From: Bradyrhizobium sp.
GTDB taxonomy: Bacteria; Pseudomonadota; Alphaproteobacteria; Rhizobiales; Xanthobacteraceae
Length of the DNA stretch: 64,000 nucleotides
Assembly (NCBI GenBank): GCA_018971675.1
Contig: JAGXAF010000001.1
Span: 611-64,610 of the forward strand
Direction: 5' to 3'
Part shown: in pieces, positions 8,600-19,145 of the stretch
How positions within the stretch are numbered: the first letter of the stretch is position 1
How the letters are laid out: every line of letters starts with the position of its first letter
Notes under the pieces: model-generated
What the model was told of the DNA's origin: nothing
Databases searched by the model: none
Seen by the model: the letters and a program-made list of their open reading frames with translations, nothing else
Program-made: the position numbers and the translations under genes

Positions 8600-11320
8600 A
8601 TGACCTCGCTCGATAGCTTCAAATGCCGGAAGACCCTCAAGGTCGGCAGCAAGACCTACGTCTATTACAGCCTGGCCGCCGCCGAGAAGAACGGTTTGAA
8701 GGGAATTTCCAGGCTTCCCTATTCCATGAAGGTGCTGCTGGAAAATCTGCTGCGCAACGAGGACGGCCGCACCGTCAAGAAGGACGATATCGCCGCGGTC
8801 GCGAAATGGCTGAAGAAGCGCAGGCTCGAGCATGAAGTGGCGTTCCGTCCCGCGCGGGTGCTGATGCAGGATTTCACCGGCGTGCCCGCGGTGGTCGATC
8901 TCGCGGCGATGCGCAATGCGATGCAGGCGCTCGGCGGCGACGCCGAGAAGATCAATCCATTGGTGCCGGTCGATCTTGTGATCGACCATTCGGTGATCGT
9001 GAACTTCTTCGGCGACAACAAGGCCTTCGCCCGGAATGTAGTCGAGGAATACAAGCAGAACCAGGAGCGCTACGAGTTCCTGAAATGGGGGCAGAGCGCG
9101 TTCTCGAATTTCTCGGTGGTGCCGCCCGGCACCGGCATCTGCCATCAGGTCAATCTCGAATATCTCGCGCAGACGGTGTGGACCAAAAAGGAGAAGATGA
9201 CGGTCGGCCGGAAAACCGGCACCTTCGAGGTCGCCTATCCGGATTCGCTGGTCGGCACTGACTCCCACACCACCATGGTCAATGGCCTCGCCGTGCTCGG
9301 CTGGGGCGTCGGCGGCATCGAGGCGGAGGCCGCGATGCTCGGCCAGCCGCTGTCGATGCTGTTGCCCGAAGTGGTCGGCTTCAAGCTCAAGGGACAGATG
9401 AAGGAAGGCGTCACCGCGACCGATCTGGTGCTGACGGTGACACAGATGCTGCGCAAGCAGGGCGTGGTCGGAAAATTCGTCGAGTTCTTCGGCCCCGGTC
9501 TTGATTATCTCTCTGTGGCCGACAAGGCGACCATCGGCAATATGGCGCCGGAATATGGCGCGACCTGCGGCTTCTTCCCGGTCGATGCCGCGACCATCGA
9601 TTACCTGAAGACGTCGGGCCGCAAGGCCGACCGCGTCGCGCTGGTCTCGGCCTACGCCAAGGCGCAGGGCCTGTTCCGTAGCGCCAAGTCGACCGACCCG
9701 GTGTTCACCGAAACACTGACGCTCGACCTCGGCTCCGTGGTGCCGTCGATGGCCGGACCGAAGCGCCCCGAGGGCCGGGTCGCCCTGCCGTCGGTCGCCA
9801 GCGGCTTCTCCACCGCGCTCGCCGGCGAATACAAGAAGTCCGGCGATTCCGCCACGCGCTATCCGGTCGAGAATCATGATTTCGATATCGGCCATGGCGA
9901 CGTGGTGATCGCGGCGATCACCTCGTGCACCAATACCTCCAATCCGAGCGTGCTGATCGGGGCGGGCCTGCTGGCGCGCAATGCGGCGGCCAAGGGTCTC
10001 AAGGCCAAGCCGTGGGTCAAGACGTCGCTTGCGCCGGGCAGCCAGGTGGTCGCCGAGTATCTCAGCAATTCCGGCCTGCAGGCCGAACTCGACAAGGTCG
10101 GCTTCAATCTGGTGGGGTTCGGCTGCACGACCTGCATTGGCAATTCGGGTCCGCTGCAGGAAGACATCTCCAAATCCATCAACGACAATGGTGTGGTGGC
10201 CGCCGCCGTGCTGTCGGGTAACCGCAATTTCGAGGGGCGGGTCAGTCCGGACGTGCAGGCCAACTATCTGGCATCGCCGCCGCTGGTCGTGGCCTATGCG
10301 CTGGCGGGAACGGTGACCAGGGACCTCGCGGCCGAGCCGATCGGCGAAGGCAAGGACGGCAAGCCGGTATACCTGAAGGATATCTGGCCGACGACCAAGG
10401 AGATCAACGCCCTGATGAAGAAGTTCGTCACCGCGACGATCTTCAAGAAGCGCTACGGCGACGTGTTCAAGGGCGACACCAACTGGCGCAAGATCAAGAC
10501 GGTCGGGAGCGAAACCTATCGGTGGAACATGAGCTCGACCTATGTGCAGAACCCGCCTTACTTCGAGGGCATGAAAAAACAGCCGGAGCCGATCGCCGAT
10601 ATCGTCGATGCCCGGATCCTGGCGATGTTCGGCGACAAGATCACGACCGACCACATTTCGCCGGCCGGCTCCATCAAACTGACTTCGCCGGCTGGAAAAT
10701 ATCTGTCGGAGCATCAGGTGCGTCCCGCCGACTTCAACCAATACGGCACGCGGCGCGGCAATCACGAAGTCATGATGCGCGGTACCTTCGCCAATATCCG
10801 CATCAAGAACTTCATGCTGAAAGGCGCCGACGGCAATATTCCGGAAGGTGGTCTGACCAAGCACTGGCCCGACGGCGAGCAGATGTCGATCTACGACGCC
10901 GCGATGAAGTACCAGGCGGAGAACGTGCCGCTGGTGGTTTTCGCCGGCGCCGAATACGGCAACGGTTCGTCACGCGACTGGGCGGCGAAAGGCACCAGGC
11001 TGCTGGGCGTGCGCGCCGTGATCTGCCAGAGCTTCGAGCGTATCCATCGCTCCAACCTGGTCGGCATGGGCGTGCTGCCGCTGACCTTCGAGGAAGGCGT
11101 CTCATGGTCGTCGATCGGGCTGAAGGGCGATGAGACCGTAACCATACGGGGGTTGCGGGGCGACCTTAAGCCACGCCAGAAATTGACCGCGGAGATCGTG
11201 TCGGACAACGGCACGTTGCAGCGCGTTTCGCTGCTATGCAGGATCGATACGCTCGACGAGCTTGAATACTATCGCAACGGCGGCATTCTGCAGTATGTGC
11301 TGCGCAAGCTCGCGGCGTAG
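8600..11320 (+). CDS. acnA: aconitate hydratase A
   Basis: 906 aa; [44 protein letters not shown]. Confidence 0.98.
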   Translation: MTSLDSFKCRKTLKVGSKTYVYYSLAAAEKNGLKGISRLPYSMKVLLENLLRNEDGRTVKKDDIAAVAKWLKKRRLEHEVAFRPARVLMQDFTGVPAVVDLAAMRNAMQALGGDAEKINPLVPVDLVIDHSVIVNFFGDNKAFARNVVEEYKQNQERYEFLKWGQSAFSNFSVVPPGTGICHQVNLEYLAQTVWTKKEKMTVGRKTGTFEVAYPDSLVGTDSHTTMVNGLAVLGWGVGGIEAEAAMLGQPLSMLLPEVVGFKLKGQMKEGVTATDLVLTVTQMLRKQGVVGKFVEFFGPGLDYLSVADKATIGNMAPEYGATCGFFPVDAATIDYLKTSGRKADRVALVSAYAKAQGLFRSAKSTDPVFTETLTLDLGSVVPSMAGPKRPEGRVALPSVASGFSTALAGEYKKSGDSATRYPVENHDFDIGHGDVVIAAITSCTNTSNPSVLIGAGLLARNAAAKGLKAKPWVKTSLAPGSQVVAEYLSNSGLQAELDKVGFNLVGFGCTTCIGNSGPLQEDISKSINDNGVVAAAVLSGNRNFEGRVSPDVQANYLASPPLVVAYALAGTVTRDLAAEPIGEGKDGKPVYLKDIWPTTKEINALMKKFVTATIFKKRYGDVFKGDTNWRKIKTVGSETYRWNMSSTYVQNPPYFEGMKKQPEPIADIVDARILAMFGDKITTDHISPAGSIKLTSPAGKYLSEHQVRPADFNQYGTRRGNHEVMMRGTFANIRIKNFMLKGADGNIPEGGLTKHWPDGEQMSIYDAAMKYQAENVPLVVFAGAEYGNGSSRDWAAKGTRLLGVRAVICQSFERIHRSNLVGMGVLPLTFEEGVSWSSIGLKGDETVTIRGLRGDLKPRQKLTAEIVSDNGTLQRVSLLCRIDTLDELEYYRNGGILQYVLRKLAA

Positions 11321-11490
11321 CGCGAGTGGTGATCGATGCCTCACTGCGAAGTGAGTAGCGAGTGGGGGGGAGGCAGCCTATTAAAGGGCAGCCTTCCTGC
11401 GTTGGAAGGCACGTACGATCCGGTGCTGCGGGGTGAATCGGTTAACGGCGGTGGGACTGCCCCGGTTTTCGCAGGTAACGGCCTTCCAGT

Positions 11491-12258
11491 ATGACCAGGA
11501 CGATGGGCAACAGTTCGATAGCGCGGTGGTCTGGTGCGCTGGGCGTTTGCGCGATTGTTGCAATCATTCGCCCCGCCCAGGCCACCGATCCGCGCGCCGT
11601 TGTGGAGCTGTTCACCTCGCAAGGGTGCTCGTCGTGCCCGCCGGCTGACAAGCTGATGGGCGAACTGTCAAAGGATCCATCGATCATCGCGCTAAGCATG
11701 CCAATCGATTACTGGGACTATCTCGGCTGGAAGGACACGCTGGCCGATTCGCGTTTCAGCGCGCTCCAGCGGGCCTATTCCCATATGCGCGGCGATCGCG
11801 ACGTCTATACGCCGCAAGCGGTCATCAACGGGTCCGTGCATGTGATCGGCAGTGATCGCCCCGGTATCGAAAACGCCATCGAGGAAACCGGGAAAACCAA
11901 CGGCGTGATGTCGGTGCCGGTTTCGATGTCGGTAACCGGTAGGCAGATCAATGTTTCGGTGGCGGCTTCCCGCAGCGGGCCTGCTGCGATGCGCGGCGAA
12001 GTGTGGATATGCTCGGTTTCGAAAGCAGTGCCGATCTCGATCGGGCGCGGCGAAAATCGCGGCCGCGAAATCACCTACTACAATGTGGTGCGCAATCTGC
12101 TCAAGGTCGGCGACTGGAACGGTACTCCCTCCAGTTGGACCGTGCCGCTGGAAAACATCTCGCGCGACGGCGTCGATGCCGCCGCGGTGTATGTCCAGGA
12201 CGGCAATCGTGACAGGCCTGGCCCGATGCTGGGCGCGGCCTACACCCAGCTGCACTGA
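11491..12258 (+). CDS. secreted DUF1223 thioredoxin-like protein
   Basis: Signal peptide; VVELFTSQGCSSCPPAD, DYWDYLGWKD, YTPQ motifs. Confidence 0.88.
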   Translation: MTRTMGNSSIARWSGALGVCAIVAIIRPAQATDPRAVVELFTSQGCSSCPPADKLMGELSKDPSIIALSMPIDYWDYLGWKDTLADSRFSALQRAYSHMRGDRDVYTPQAVINGSVHVIGSDRPGIENAIEETGKTNGVMSVPVSMSVTGRQINVSVAASRSGPAAMRGEVWICSVSKAVPISIGRGENRGREITYYNVVRNLLKVGDWNGTPSSWTVPLENISRDGVDAAAVYVQDGNRDRPGPMLGAAYTQLH

Positions 12259-12372
12259 ATTTATTTTCCCGAACCGGCCTGATTGGTTTTTCGTTGTTCC
12301 CGCAGCAACGGCGCTTGCCGCGCCTCTTGCGCGGCCGCATTCCGATAGCGTTCCCCTTCAATTCCGGACCGC

Positions 12373-12502
12373 AAAAAAAGAAAAGGACCAACTCTCGTTG
12401 GCCCGGCATGGTAACAAACCATCTTGCGAACAGACCCGATCCCGACGACCCCGGGGGGCTGGGGGCTGAGGAATCCGGTGCCGAAAGGACCGGGTCAACG
12501 CA
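12373..12502 (-). ncRNA. candidate small RNA with C-rich loop and intrinsic terminator
   Basis: Minus strand: long stem around loop AUUCCUCAGCCCCCAGCCCC, small hairpin ATGGT-N5-ACCAT, terminator GGGCCAAC-GAGA-GTTGGTCC-TTTTCTTTTTTT; no minus-strand CDS uses this terminator. Confidence 0.65.
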
Positions 12503-12768
12503 AGGTTAGCTTGTCGCAAACCGGCGGGGCGGTCGCTTGGCAGAAGTGGGGCGGTATTATGATTCTGCTAACGATCCTGTTACGGCGTTTTTGACGACAT
12601 TTTCCCGCTTCGGGCCGGCTCCACTGGGACATGTCGTCGCGCGCTAATTGAGGCCCGGCCAACAACGACCCCTTGCAGCGGCGGGCATCCGGCGCGATCA
12701 TGTCGGGCTCGGCATGATCCGAAAAGTGCAGGCTTCCGGATCCTGCCTTGAGGTGATGGAGATGGTGC

Positions 12769-13140
12769 ATGAGCTTCATGTCGGAGGATACCGATCCAAG
12801 CGAGAACCGCGCGGCGGTGCGTCATGCTGCCGCGGGACCGCTGCCGAACCGGGTGACGTTCAATCGTCTCGAACTCAATCGCATTCTGAATTTGTACGGG
12901 CGCATGGTCGCCGACGGCGAGTGGCGCGACTACGCCATCGATCTTCTCAGGGACCGCGCGGTATTCTACGTGTTTCGCCGCGCCTCCGAAGTGCCGATCT
13001 ACCGCATCGAAAAGGACCCGCGGCTGGCGCGCCGGCAGGGCATGTACAGCGTCATCTCTGCGACCGGACTGATCCTGCGCCGTGGCCATGAACTCGACCG
13101 CGTGCTTCTGGCGATCGACCGCAAGCTGGCGGTGGTGTAA
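12769..13140 (+). CDS. DUF2794 domain-containing protein
   Basis: F.R.EL..IL.LYGRMVA.GEWRDYAID, LRRGHEL..VL motifs. Confidence 0.88.
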   Translation: MSFMSEDTDPSENRAAVRHAAAGPLPNRVTFNRLELNRILNLYGRMVADGEWRDYAIDLLRDRAVFYVFRRASEVPIYRIEKDPRLARRQGMYSVISATGLILRRGHELDRVLLAIDRKLAVV

Positions 13141-13147
13141 GGCACGA

Positions 13148-13249
13148 CCTCATCCTGAGGAGCGGCCTCTTGGCCGCGTCTCGAAGGATGAGCCGCTAGT
13201 TCCGTGGCCATGGTTCGAGACGGCGCAAGGGCGCCTCCTCACCATGAGG
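13148..13249. repeat. REP-like palindromic element (CCTCATCCTGAGGAGC...TCTCGAAGG / TTCGAGACG...CCTCACCATGAGG)
   Basis: Two inverted related hairpin units between convergent genes. Confidence 0.8.
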
Positions 13250-13252
13250 CTG

Positions 13253-13783
13253 TTATATTTTCGGCACCGTCGCGCCGCCGTCGCCAAGCGCGAGCTGCAT
13301 CATGACGGTGTCGAGCCAGCGGCCGAACTTGAGGCCGACATCGGGATGGGTCCCGATCATCTGGAACCCGCATCTTGTGTGCACGCCGATTGACCCGGCG
13401 TTGGCGGAATCGCCGATCACGGCGATCATCTGCCGGTAGCCGCGCCGGGTGGATTCCGCGATCAGCCGTTGCAGCAATTGCAGGCCGATGCCACGGCGAT
13501 GGAGCGCAGGTTGCAGGTAGACCGAATTCTCCACCGTGAAGCGATAGGCCGGCCGCGGCCGGTACGGTCCCGCATAGGCATATCCGATCACGCGGCCATC
13601 GACCTCGGCCACGAAATACGGGAAGCCGCCGTCCATCAGCGCTTTAAAGCGCCGCGTCATCTCGGCGAGATCGGGTGGAATCAGTTCGAACGTCGCGGTG
13701 CCATGGCGCACCGCGTGATCGTAAATCTCGGTGACGAAGGTAAGGTCGGCCTCGGTTGCGGGCCTGATTTCGGGCGAGGGCAT
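13253..13783 (-). CDS. GNAT N-acetyltransferase (phosphinothricin acetyltransferase/YncA-like)
   Basis: TATFE, RPAYRFTVENSVY, N.GSI..H, G.KFGRWLD; start at MPSPEIR. Confidence 0.9.
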   Translation of the reverse strand: MPSPEIRPATEADLTFVTEIYDHAVRHGTATFELIPPDLAEMTRRFKALMDGGFPYFVAEVDGRVIGYAYAGPYRPRPAYRFTVENSVYLQPALHRRGIGLQLLQRLIAESTRRGYRQMIAVIGDSANAGSIGVHTRCGFQMIGTHPDVGLKFGRWLDTVMMQLALGDGGATVPKI

Positions 13784-13852
13784 CAGGCGAGCATAGAATC
13801 GTTTTCGCAGCAGGGAAATTCGGTTTCTCGTTGGGTCAAACAAATCGGGCCC

Positions 13853-13884
13853 AAACAAAAGCCCCGGCCGCGAGGCCGGGGCTT
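13853..13884 (-). terminator. intrinsic terminator after BI-1/YccA gene
   Basis: GCCCCGGCC-TCGC-GGCCGGGGC followed by TTTTGTTT on minus strand. Confidence 0.8.
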
Positions 13885-13915
13885 CAAACGTTCCGCGAGA
13901 CGCGGACCGATGGGG

Positions 13916-14707
13916 TCAGTCGCGCTGGCCGAGCAGTTGCAGCAGCAGCGTGAACAGGTTGATGAAGTTCAGGTAGAGCGACAGCGCACCCGAGATCGCC
14001 GCGCGTTCCGCAACCTCACCGCCCTGCGAGGCGTAGCCGTAGATGTAGTCGTTTTTCAGCCGCTGGGTGTCCCAGGCGGTAAGGCCGGCGAACACCAGCA
14101 CGCCAACCACCGACACCACGAATTGCAGCGCAGAGCTCGCGATGAAGAGGTTGACCAGGCTCGCGATGATGACGCCGAACAGCCCCATCAGCAGGAATGA
14201 GCCCATGGCGGTCATGTCACGCCTTGTGGTGTAGCCGAACAGGCTCAGCGCGCCGAACGAAGCGGCCGTGATGAAGAACACCCGCACGATCGAGGTGTGG
14301 GTGAACACCAGGAAGATCGATGACAGCGAAACGCCCATCAGCGCCGAGAACACCCAGAACAGCATCTGGGCGGTCGCAGGCCGCAGCCGGTTGAGGCCGG
14401 CCGAGATAGCGAACACCATGGCGAGCGGCGCCAGCATGAACAGCCACTTCAAGGGGCTTACGAACATCGCGTATCCGAATGGCGTCAGGTACGCGCTGCC
14501 GATTTTGGCGGCGGCGCCGGCCGGATCGGTCGTTACCGCTGCCATGTAGATACCGAGCGCGGCGAGGCCGGTGATGGCGAGGCCGATGCTCATGTAGTTG
14601 TAGATGCGCAGCATGTAGGCGCGCAGACCGGCATCGACGGTCGCGGCGTCAACGCGCCCGGCGGCCCGGCCGAAAGGAGAAGCGTAGTTACGGTCTAGGT
14701 CCGACAT
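13916..14707 (-). CDS. Bax inhibitor-1/YccA family membrane protein
   Basis: DAGLRAYM..IYNYM, TAWDTQ, GAL.LYL.FINLF; start at MSDLDRN. Confidence 0.92.
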   Translation of the reverse strand: MSDLDRNYASPFGRAAGRVDAATVDAGLRAYMLRIYNYMSIGLAITGLAALGIYMAAVTTDPAGAAAKIGSAYLTPFGYAMFVSPLKWLFMLAPLAMVFAISAGLNRLRPATAQMLFWVFSALMGVSLSSIFLVFTHTSIVRVFFITAASFGALSLFGYTTRRDMTAMGSFLLMGLFGVIIASLVNLFIASSALQFVVSVVGVLVFAGLTAWDTQRLKNDYIYGYASQGGEVAERAAISGALSLYLNFINLFTLLLQLLGQRD

Positions 14708-14834
14708 GATCGAATTCCCGTTGGTTGTCCGGCGGAGCACAAGGGTATGCGGCGCTGGATAGAAATCTATCCCAGATACCGGCATTTGCGGACATTACTT
14801 TTTTGTCATCAAACCGGCATCTGTCCCGACTGCT

Positions 14835-14863
14835 ATGTGGGAAACTAACACATTCGCTGCAAG
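14835..14863 (-). promoter_or_regulatory. putative RpoH (sigma32)-type promoter
   Basis: Minus strand CTTGCA-N16-CCCACAT upstream of BI-1/YccA. Confidence 0.4.
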
Positions 14864-14957
14864 CTTCGCATGCGCGGCTGAATGTCGCTCCGCGCATGCC
14901 AAAACCGGCAAAACGCGCATTAAACGGTTGCCGATACAATTTTTCACAAATTTCTTT

Positions 14958-17528
14958 TCACAAATTCCGCAGCACACTCGCAGGCTTCCGGTTTAGTGCC
15001 AAGAGCGTGCCCGCCAGCCCAAGCCCCACCGTCACGACCAGTGCGGCCGTGACCACCGCGGTGGCGCTTCCGGCCTGCCAGACAAAGCTAAGCGTCATCA
15101 GCCGGGTCACGATCAACCAGGCGGCGACCGAGCCCGCGATGACGCCGAACACGGCGGTCGCCAGGCCGATCATCAGATATTCCAGCGCGTAGGCGCCCAG
15201 CAGCCGGGCCCGGGTCGCGCCGAGGGTCTTGAGAATGACGGCGTCATAGACCCGGTGCCGATGGCCGGCGGCGAGCGCTCCGCCCAGCACCAGAATGGCC
15301 GAGATCAAGGTGACCGCGCTGGCGCCGCGGATCGCCAGCACCAGATTTGTCACGACCGTACCGATGGTTTCCAGCGCCTCGCGGACGCGGACGCTGGTCA
15401 CCATCGGAAAGGCGTCCGCCACCGACTTGATGATCCGGACATCGCCGGACGGATCCGGGTGCGTCTCGGTCAGCGTCGCGACGTGGCTGTGGGGCGCGCC
15501 CTTGAAGGCATTCGGCGAAAACACCAGCACAAAATTGATGCCGAGGCTTTGCCAGTCCACGGTGCGCATGTTGCCGATGGTGGCAGTGATGTCGCGGCCC
15601 AGCACGTTGACGACGATAGGATCGCCCAGCTTGAGTCCCAGACCGTCAGCGATCTTCTTCTCGATCGAGACCAGCGGCGGACCATCGTAATCCGCGCCCC
15701 ACCACTTGCCCTCGACGACCTTCGACCCCCTGGGAATCTCGCCGGTATAGGTCAGGCCGCGATCGCTCTGCAGCACCCATTCGGAATCGGCGGAGGCATG
15801 GAGATCTTCCGCCTTGACGCCGCGCGCGCCGACAATGCGGCCGCGCAGCATCGGCACGTCCTCGACCGTCGATTGCGGCGCGGTGCGCTTGAGGAACTCG
15901 CCGAAGCGAACGGCATCGCTGGTCGGAATGTCGATAAAGTAAAACGATGGCGCACGATCCGGCAGCGCCGCCAGGAACTGGCGTCGCAGGTTGCCGTCGA
16001 TCTGCGTGATCGTGACCAGCACTGCCAATCCCAGGCCCAGCGACATCACCACCGAAGGCGTCAGGGCGCCGGGTCGGTGGATGTTGGCGATCGCCAGCCT
16101 TAGCATCGTGATGCCGCTTCGCGGCAAACGCCGCGCCGACGCCATCAGGATGGCGGCGACGCCGCGGAGCACCGCGAACACCACCATCGAGGACACCACG
16201 AATGCGATCGCGATCCGTTTGTCATAGGCAAGTCCGATCGCCACCGCGATCAGCAACGCGACCACCACCGCCATCAGCGCCAGATACCGCCAGCGGGGCC
16301 GCTGTCCCTCGCCGGTCACGGTCTCGCGAAACAATGCCGCGACCGGCACGTCATGGACGCGGCCAAGCGGCCATAGCCCGAAGGCCAGCGCGGTGAGCAG
16401 GCCGTAGATGAAGGAAAGCAGCAATGCATCCGGATGCAGTGCCGGGACCACCGGCAGCGGCAAAAGCTTGCCGAACACGCCAACGATGACGAAAGGCAGC
16501 GCGGCGCCGATCGCCAGCCCGATCACCGAGCCGATCACGGCCAGCACAATCACTTGCGTCAGATAGATCGAAAACAGATCGCGACCGGTGGCGCCGAGCG
16601 CCTTGAACGCGGCGATCACGTCGCGGCGGCGATCGATATGGCTCTTGACCGCGTTGGCGACGCCCACGCCGCCAACCAGCAACGCGGCAAGGCCAACCAG
16701 CGTCAGGAACTGGGTGAAGCGGTTGATGGTGCGCTCCAGTTGCGGCGAGGCGTTGTTGCGCGAGCGGATTTCCCAGCCGGCCTCCGGCAACGCTGTTCTC
16801 ACCTGGTCGATCAGCGCTGCAGACGCGGCATCGCCTGCGGCATTGTCGGGCAGCTTCAGCCGGTAGATCCAGCGCACGAGGCTGCCGGGCTGCAATAATC
16901 CGGTGGCGCGCAAGGCCTGTTCGCTGATCAGGAAGCGCGGACCGAAACCAAGCCCGCCGGCCAGCCTGTCCGGCTCGGTGTCGACCGTGCTGCGCAATTG
17001 AAAGGTCGCGCTGCCCACGTTGACGCGGTCGCCGATCTTGAGGTCGAGCCGCGCCAGCAAGGTCGAATCGACCGCCGCACCGAATGCGCCGTCGCGCTCG
17101 GCCAGAACATCGGCGATGGGCATTTTCGGATCGAGTACGAGTTGGCCCAGCATCGGGTAGTGTTCGTCCACGGCCTTGATCTCGACCAGTGCGAGCCGGC
17201 CGTTGCCGGTGCGCGCCATCGCCCGCAACGTCGCCGCGACAGAAACCTGTCCGCGCGCGCGAAGAAAGGCCACCTCGTCGGGCTTGGCCTCCCGCTGGAT
17301 CAGCGAGAATGCGACGTCTCCGCCGAGCAGCGTGCGACCCTCATGCGCCAAACCTTCGCCCAGGCTGGCGGCGACCGAGCCGACGCCGGCAATCGCCATC
17401 ACTCCGAGCGCGATGCAGGCGATGAACACATAGAAGCCGCGGAGACCACCGCGCAGTTCGCGAAGGGCAAAACGCAGCGAAAGTGATGCGCCGCGGCCGG
17501 GGCGGACGGATTCGGCAGCGAGGCTCAT
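14958..17528 (-). CDS. ABC transporter permease, YbbP/FtsX-like
   Basis: 856 aa, duplicated FtsX-type halves (LLGGD, KALGA, PSFYFIDI, KTLGA). Confidence 0.9.
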   Translation of the reverse strand: MSLAAESVRPGRGASLSLRFALRELRGGLRGFYVFIACIALGVMAIAGVGSVAASLGEGLAHEGRTLLGGDVAFSLIQREAKPDEVAFLRARGQVSVAATLRAMARTGNGRLALVEIKAVDEHYPMLGQLVLDPKMPIADVLAERDGAFGAAVDSTLLARLDLKIGDRVNVGSATFQLRSTVDTEPDRLAGGLGFGPRFLISEQALRATGLLQPGSLVRWIYRLKLPDNAAGDAASAALIDQVRTALPEAGWEIRSRNNASPQLERTINRFTQFLTLVGLAALLVGGVGVANAVKSHIDRRRDVIAAFKALGATGRDLFSIYLTQVIVLAVIGSVIGLAIGAALPFVIVGVFGKLLPLPVVPALHPDALLLSFIYGLLTALAFGLWPLGRVHDVPVAALFRETVTGEGQRPRWRYLALMAVVVALLIAVAIGLAYDKRIAIAFVVSSMVVFAVLRGVAAILMASARRLPRSGITMLRLAIANIHRPGALTPSVVMSLGLGLAVLVTITQIDGNLRRQFLAALPDRAPSFYFIDIPTSDAVRFGEFLKRTAPQSTVEDVPMLRGRIVGARGVKAEDLHASADSEWVLQSDRGLTYTGEIPRGSKVVEGKWWGADYDGPPLVSIEKKIADGLGLKLGDPIVVNVLGRDITATIGNMRTVDWQSLGINFVLVFSPNAFKGAPHSHVATLTETHPDPSGDVRIIKSVADAFPMVTSVRVREALETIGTVVTNLVLAIRGASAVTLISAILVLGGALAAGHRHRVYDAVILKTLGATRARLLGAYALEYLMIGLATAVFGVIAGSVAAWLIVTRLMTLSFVWQAGSATAVVTAALVVTVGLGLAGTLLALNRKPASVLRNL

Positions 17529-18259
17529 GAAGCGGCTTTGCGGTTCCCGCCCGCGCCGTCAATGCGGCCCGAGCGCAGCCTGACCACGCGGTCGCAGCGC
17601 TGCGCCAGCGAGGTGTCGTGCGTCACCAGCACCAGCGTCATGCCGCGTTCGGCATGTTTGGTGAACAGCAGGTCGACGATCTGCTTGCCGGTGGCTTCGT
17701 CGAGATTCCCGGTCGGTTCGTCCGCTACCAGAATCGCGGGATCAGGGGCCAGCGCGCGGGCCAATGCGACGCGTTGCTGCTCGCCGCCGGACAGTTGCGT
17801 GGGATAATGATGCAGCCGGTCGCCGAGACCGACCGAGGCAAGTTCCTCCGCCGCGCGCGACGAAGCGTCGCGATTGCCGGCGAGTTCGAGCGGCACCGCG
17901 ACATTTTCCAGCGCGGTCATGGTCGGGATCAGATGGAACGACTGGAACACGATGCCGACCTGGCGGCCGCGAAAGCGCGCCAGCGCGTCCTCATCGAGGA
18001 CATTGAATGAAGTGCCGTTGACCACCACCTCTCCGCTGTCAGGACGCTCCAGCCCCGCCATCACCATCAGCAGCGTGGACTTTCCCGAACCTGATGGCCC
18101 AATCAGGCCGATCGCTTCGCCCGCCGCCACATTGAGGCTGATATCCTTCAGGATATGAACGCGTGCCGCGCCCGTGCCCAGCGAGAGATTGATGTTCGAG
18201 ATCGCGATGGAGTCCGGCTCGAGGCCGGCCAATGACGAGGGTTCGATGAGACTGTCCAT
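17525..18259 (-). CDS. ABC transporter ATP-binding protein, YbbA-like
   Basis: [28 protein letters not shown]; start at MDSLIEP is uncertain. Confidence 0.92.
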   Translation of the reverse strand: MDSLIEPSSLAGLEPDSIAISNINLSLGTGAARVHILKDISLNVAAGEAIGLIGPSGSGKSTLLMVMAGLERPDSGEVVVNGTSFNVLDEDALARFRGRQVGIVFQSFHLIPTMTALENVAVPLELAGNRDASSRAAEELASVGLGDRLHHYPTQLSGGEQQRVALARALAPDPAILVADEPTGNLDEATGKQIVDLLFTKHAERGMTLVLVTHDTSLAQRCDRVVRLRSGRIDGAGGNRKAAS

Positions 18260-18962
18260 GGTCCGGTCATATGGCACTTCCGCAGCTCGAATCGAGGGCG
18301 GGATGGTTCCGTTCGTGCACATACTCGTGTTGATGGTCGCTTTGATGACGGTGCCCGCAGCCGTCGCGCAGACATCCGGGCCGCAAGCCACCAGGCCGGT
18401 CAAAATGGTCGTGCTGGGTGATTCGTTGAGCGCGGGATTAGGCCTCCCGGCTTCGGCCGCATTTCCACAGCGATTACAAAAGGCTTTGCAAAACAAGGGG
18501 ATTGCGGTTGAGATGACCAATGCCGGGGTGTCCGGCGACACCAGTTCCGGTGGCCGGGACCGGCTGGACTGGTCGGTGCCCGATGGAACCGATGCGGTGA
18601 TCGTCGAACTTGGCGCCAATGATGCCCTGCGCGGGCTCGACCCGAAGGTCACCCGCGCGGCGCTATCGGACATCTTGCTGCGGCTGAAGGCGCGCAAGAT
18701 CGCGGTATTGTTGTGCGGGATGCTGGCGCCGCCGAATTACGGCAGTGACTACGCGGCGCGCTTCAACGCCATCTATCCCGATCTGTCGAAATCATTCGGC
18801 GTGCCGCTCTATCGGTTTTTCCTTGACGGTGTCGCCGGCAATGTCCGGCTCAACCAGGCCGACGGCATCCATCCGACAGCGGAGGGCGTCGATGTGATCG
18901 TGAAAAACATCCTGCCCGATGTGGAGGCATTGCTCGGCGCGATCGCCGGGCAGCGCAGTTGA
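18258..18962 (+). CDS. tesA: arylesterase / acyl-CoA thioesterase I (SGNH/GDSL, TesA-like)
   Basis: GDSLSAG, NAGVSGDT, ELGAND, DGIHP; start uncertain (18258 or 18303). Confidence 0.88.
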   Translation: MVRSYGTSAARIEGGMVPFVHILVLMVALMTVPAAVAQTSGPQATRPVKMVVLGDSLSAGLGLPASAAFPQRLQKALQNKGIAVEMTNAGVSGDTSSGGRDRLDWSVPDGTDAVIVELGANDALRGLDPKVTRAALSDILLRLKARKIAVLLCGMLAPPNYGSDYAARFNAIYPDLSKSFGVPLYRFFLDGVAGNVRLNQADGIHPTAEGVDVIVKNILPDVEALLGAIAGQRS

Positions 18963-19145
18963 AAAACGGGCCGCGATAACCTTAAGCGCAGGGTTTTCCC
19001 GGCCCGGGCTACCCATCCTTCGCAGGGTCACATAACTGCGGTAGAAATCAGTGTCGGTGATTCGTCACCGGGTTGTCTCCAAGGCGTGGTTTTCCCGACA
19101 GCGGCTTGCCGTTTCGGGGGCTTGCCCAACATCGGGAGGCTTGCG

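Noticed and set aside
8537-10864. Very long antisense ORFs (775 aa opposite acnA; also 661 aa opposite sucA, 728 aa opposite atpHA, 517 aa opposite atpD)
   Set aside because: Shadow ORFs expected from high-GC codon bias opposite conserved genes; no recognisable motifs.
11321-11370. GCGAGTGG/GAGTAGCGAGTGG fragments after acnA resembling the heptamer repeat at 42185
   Set aside because: Too short and degenerate, with no matching inverted half.
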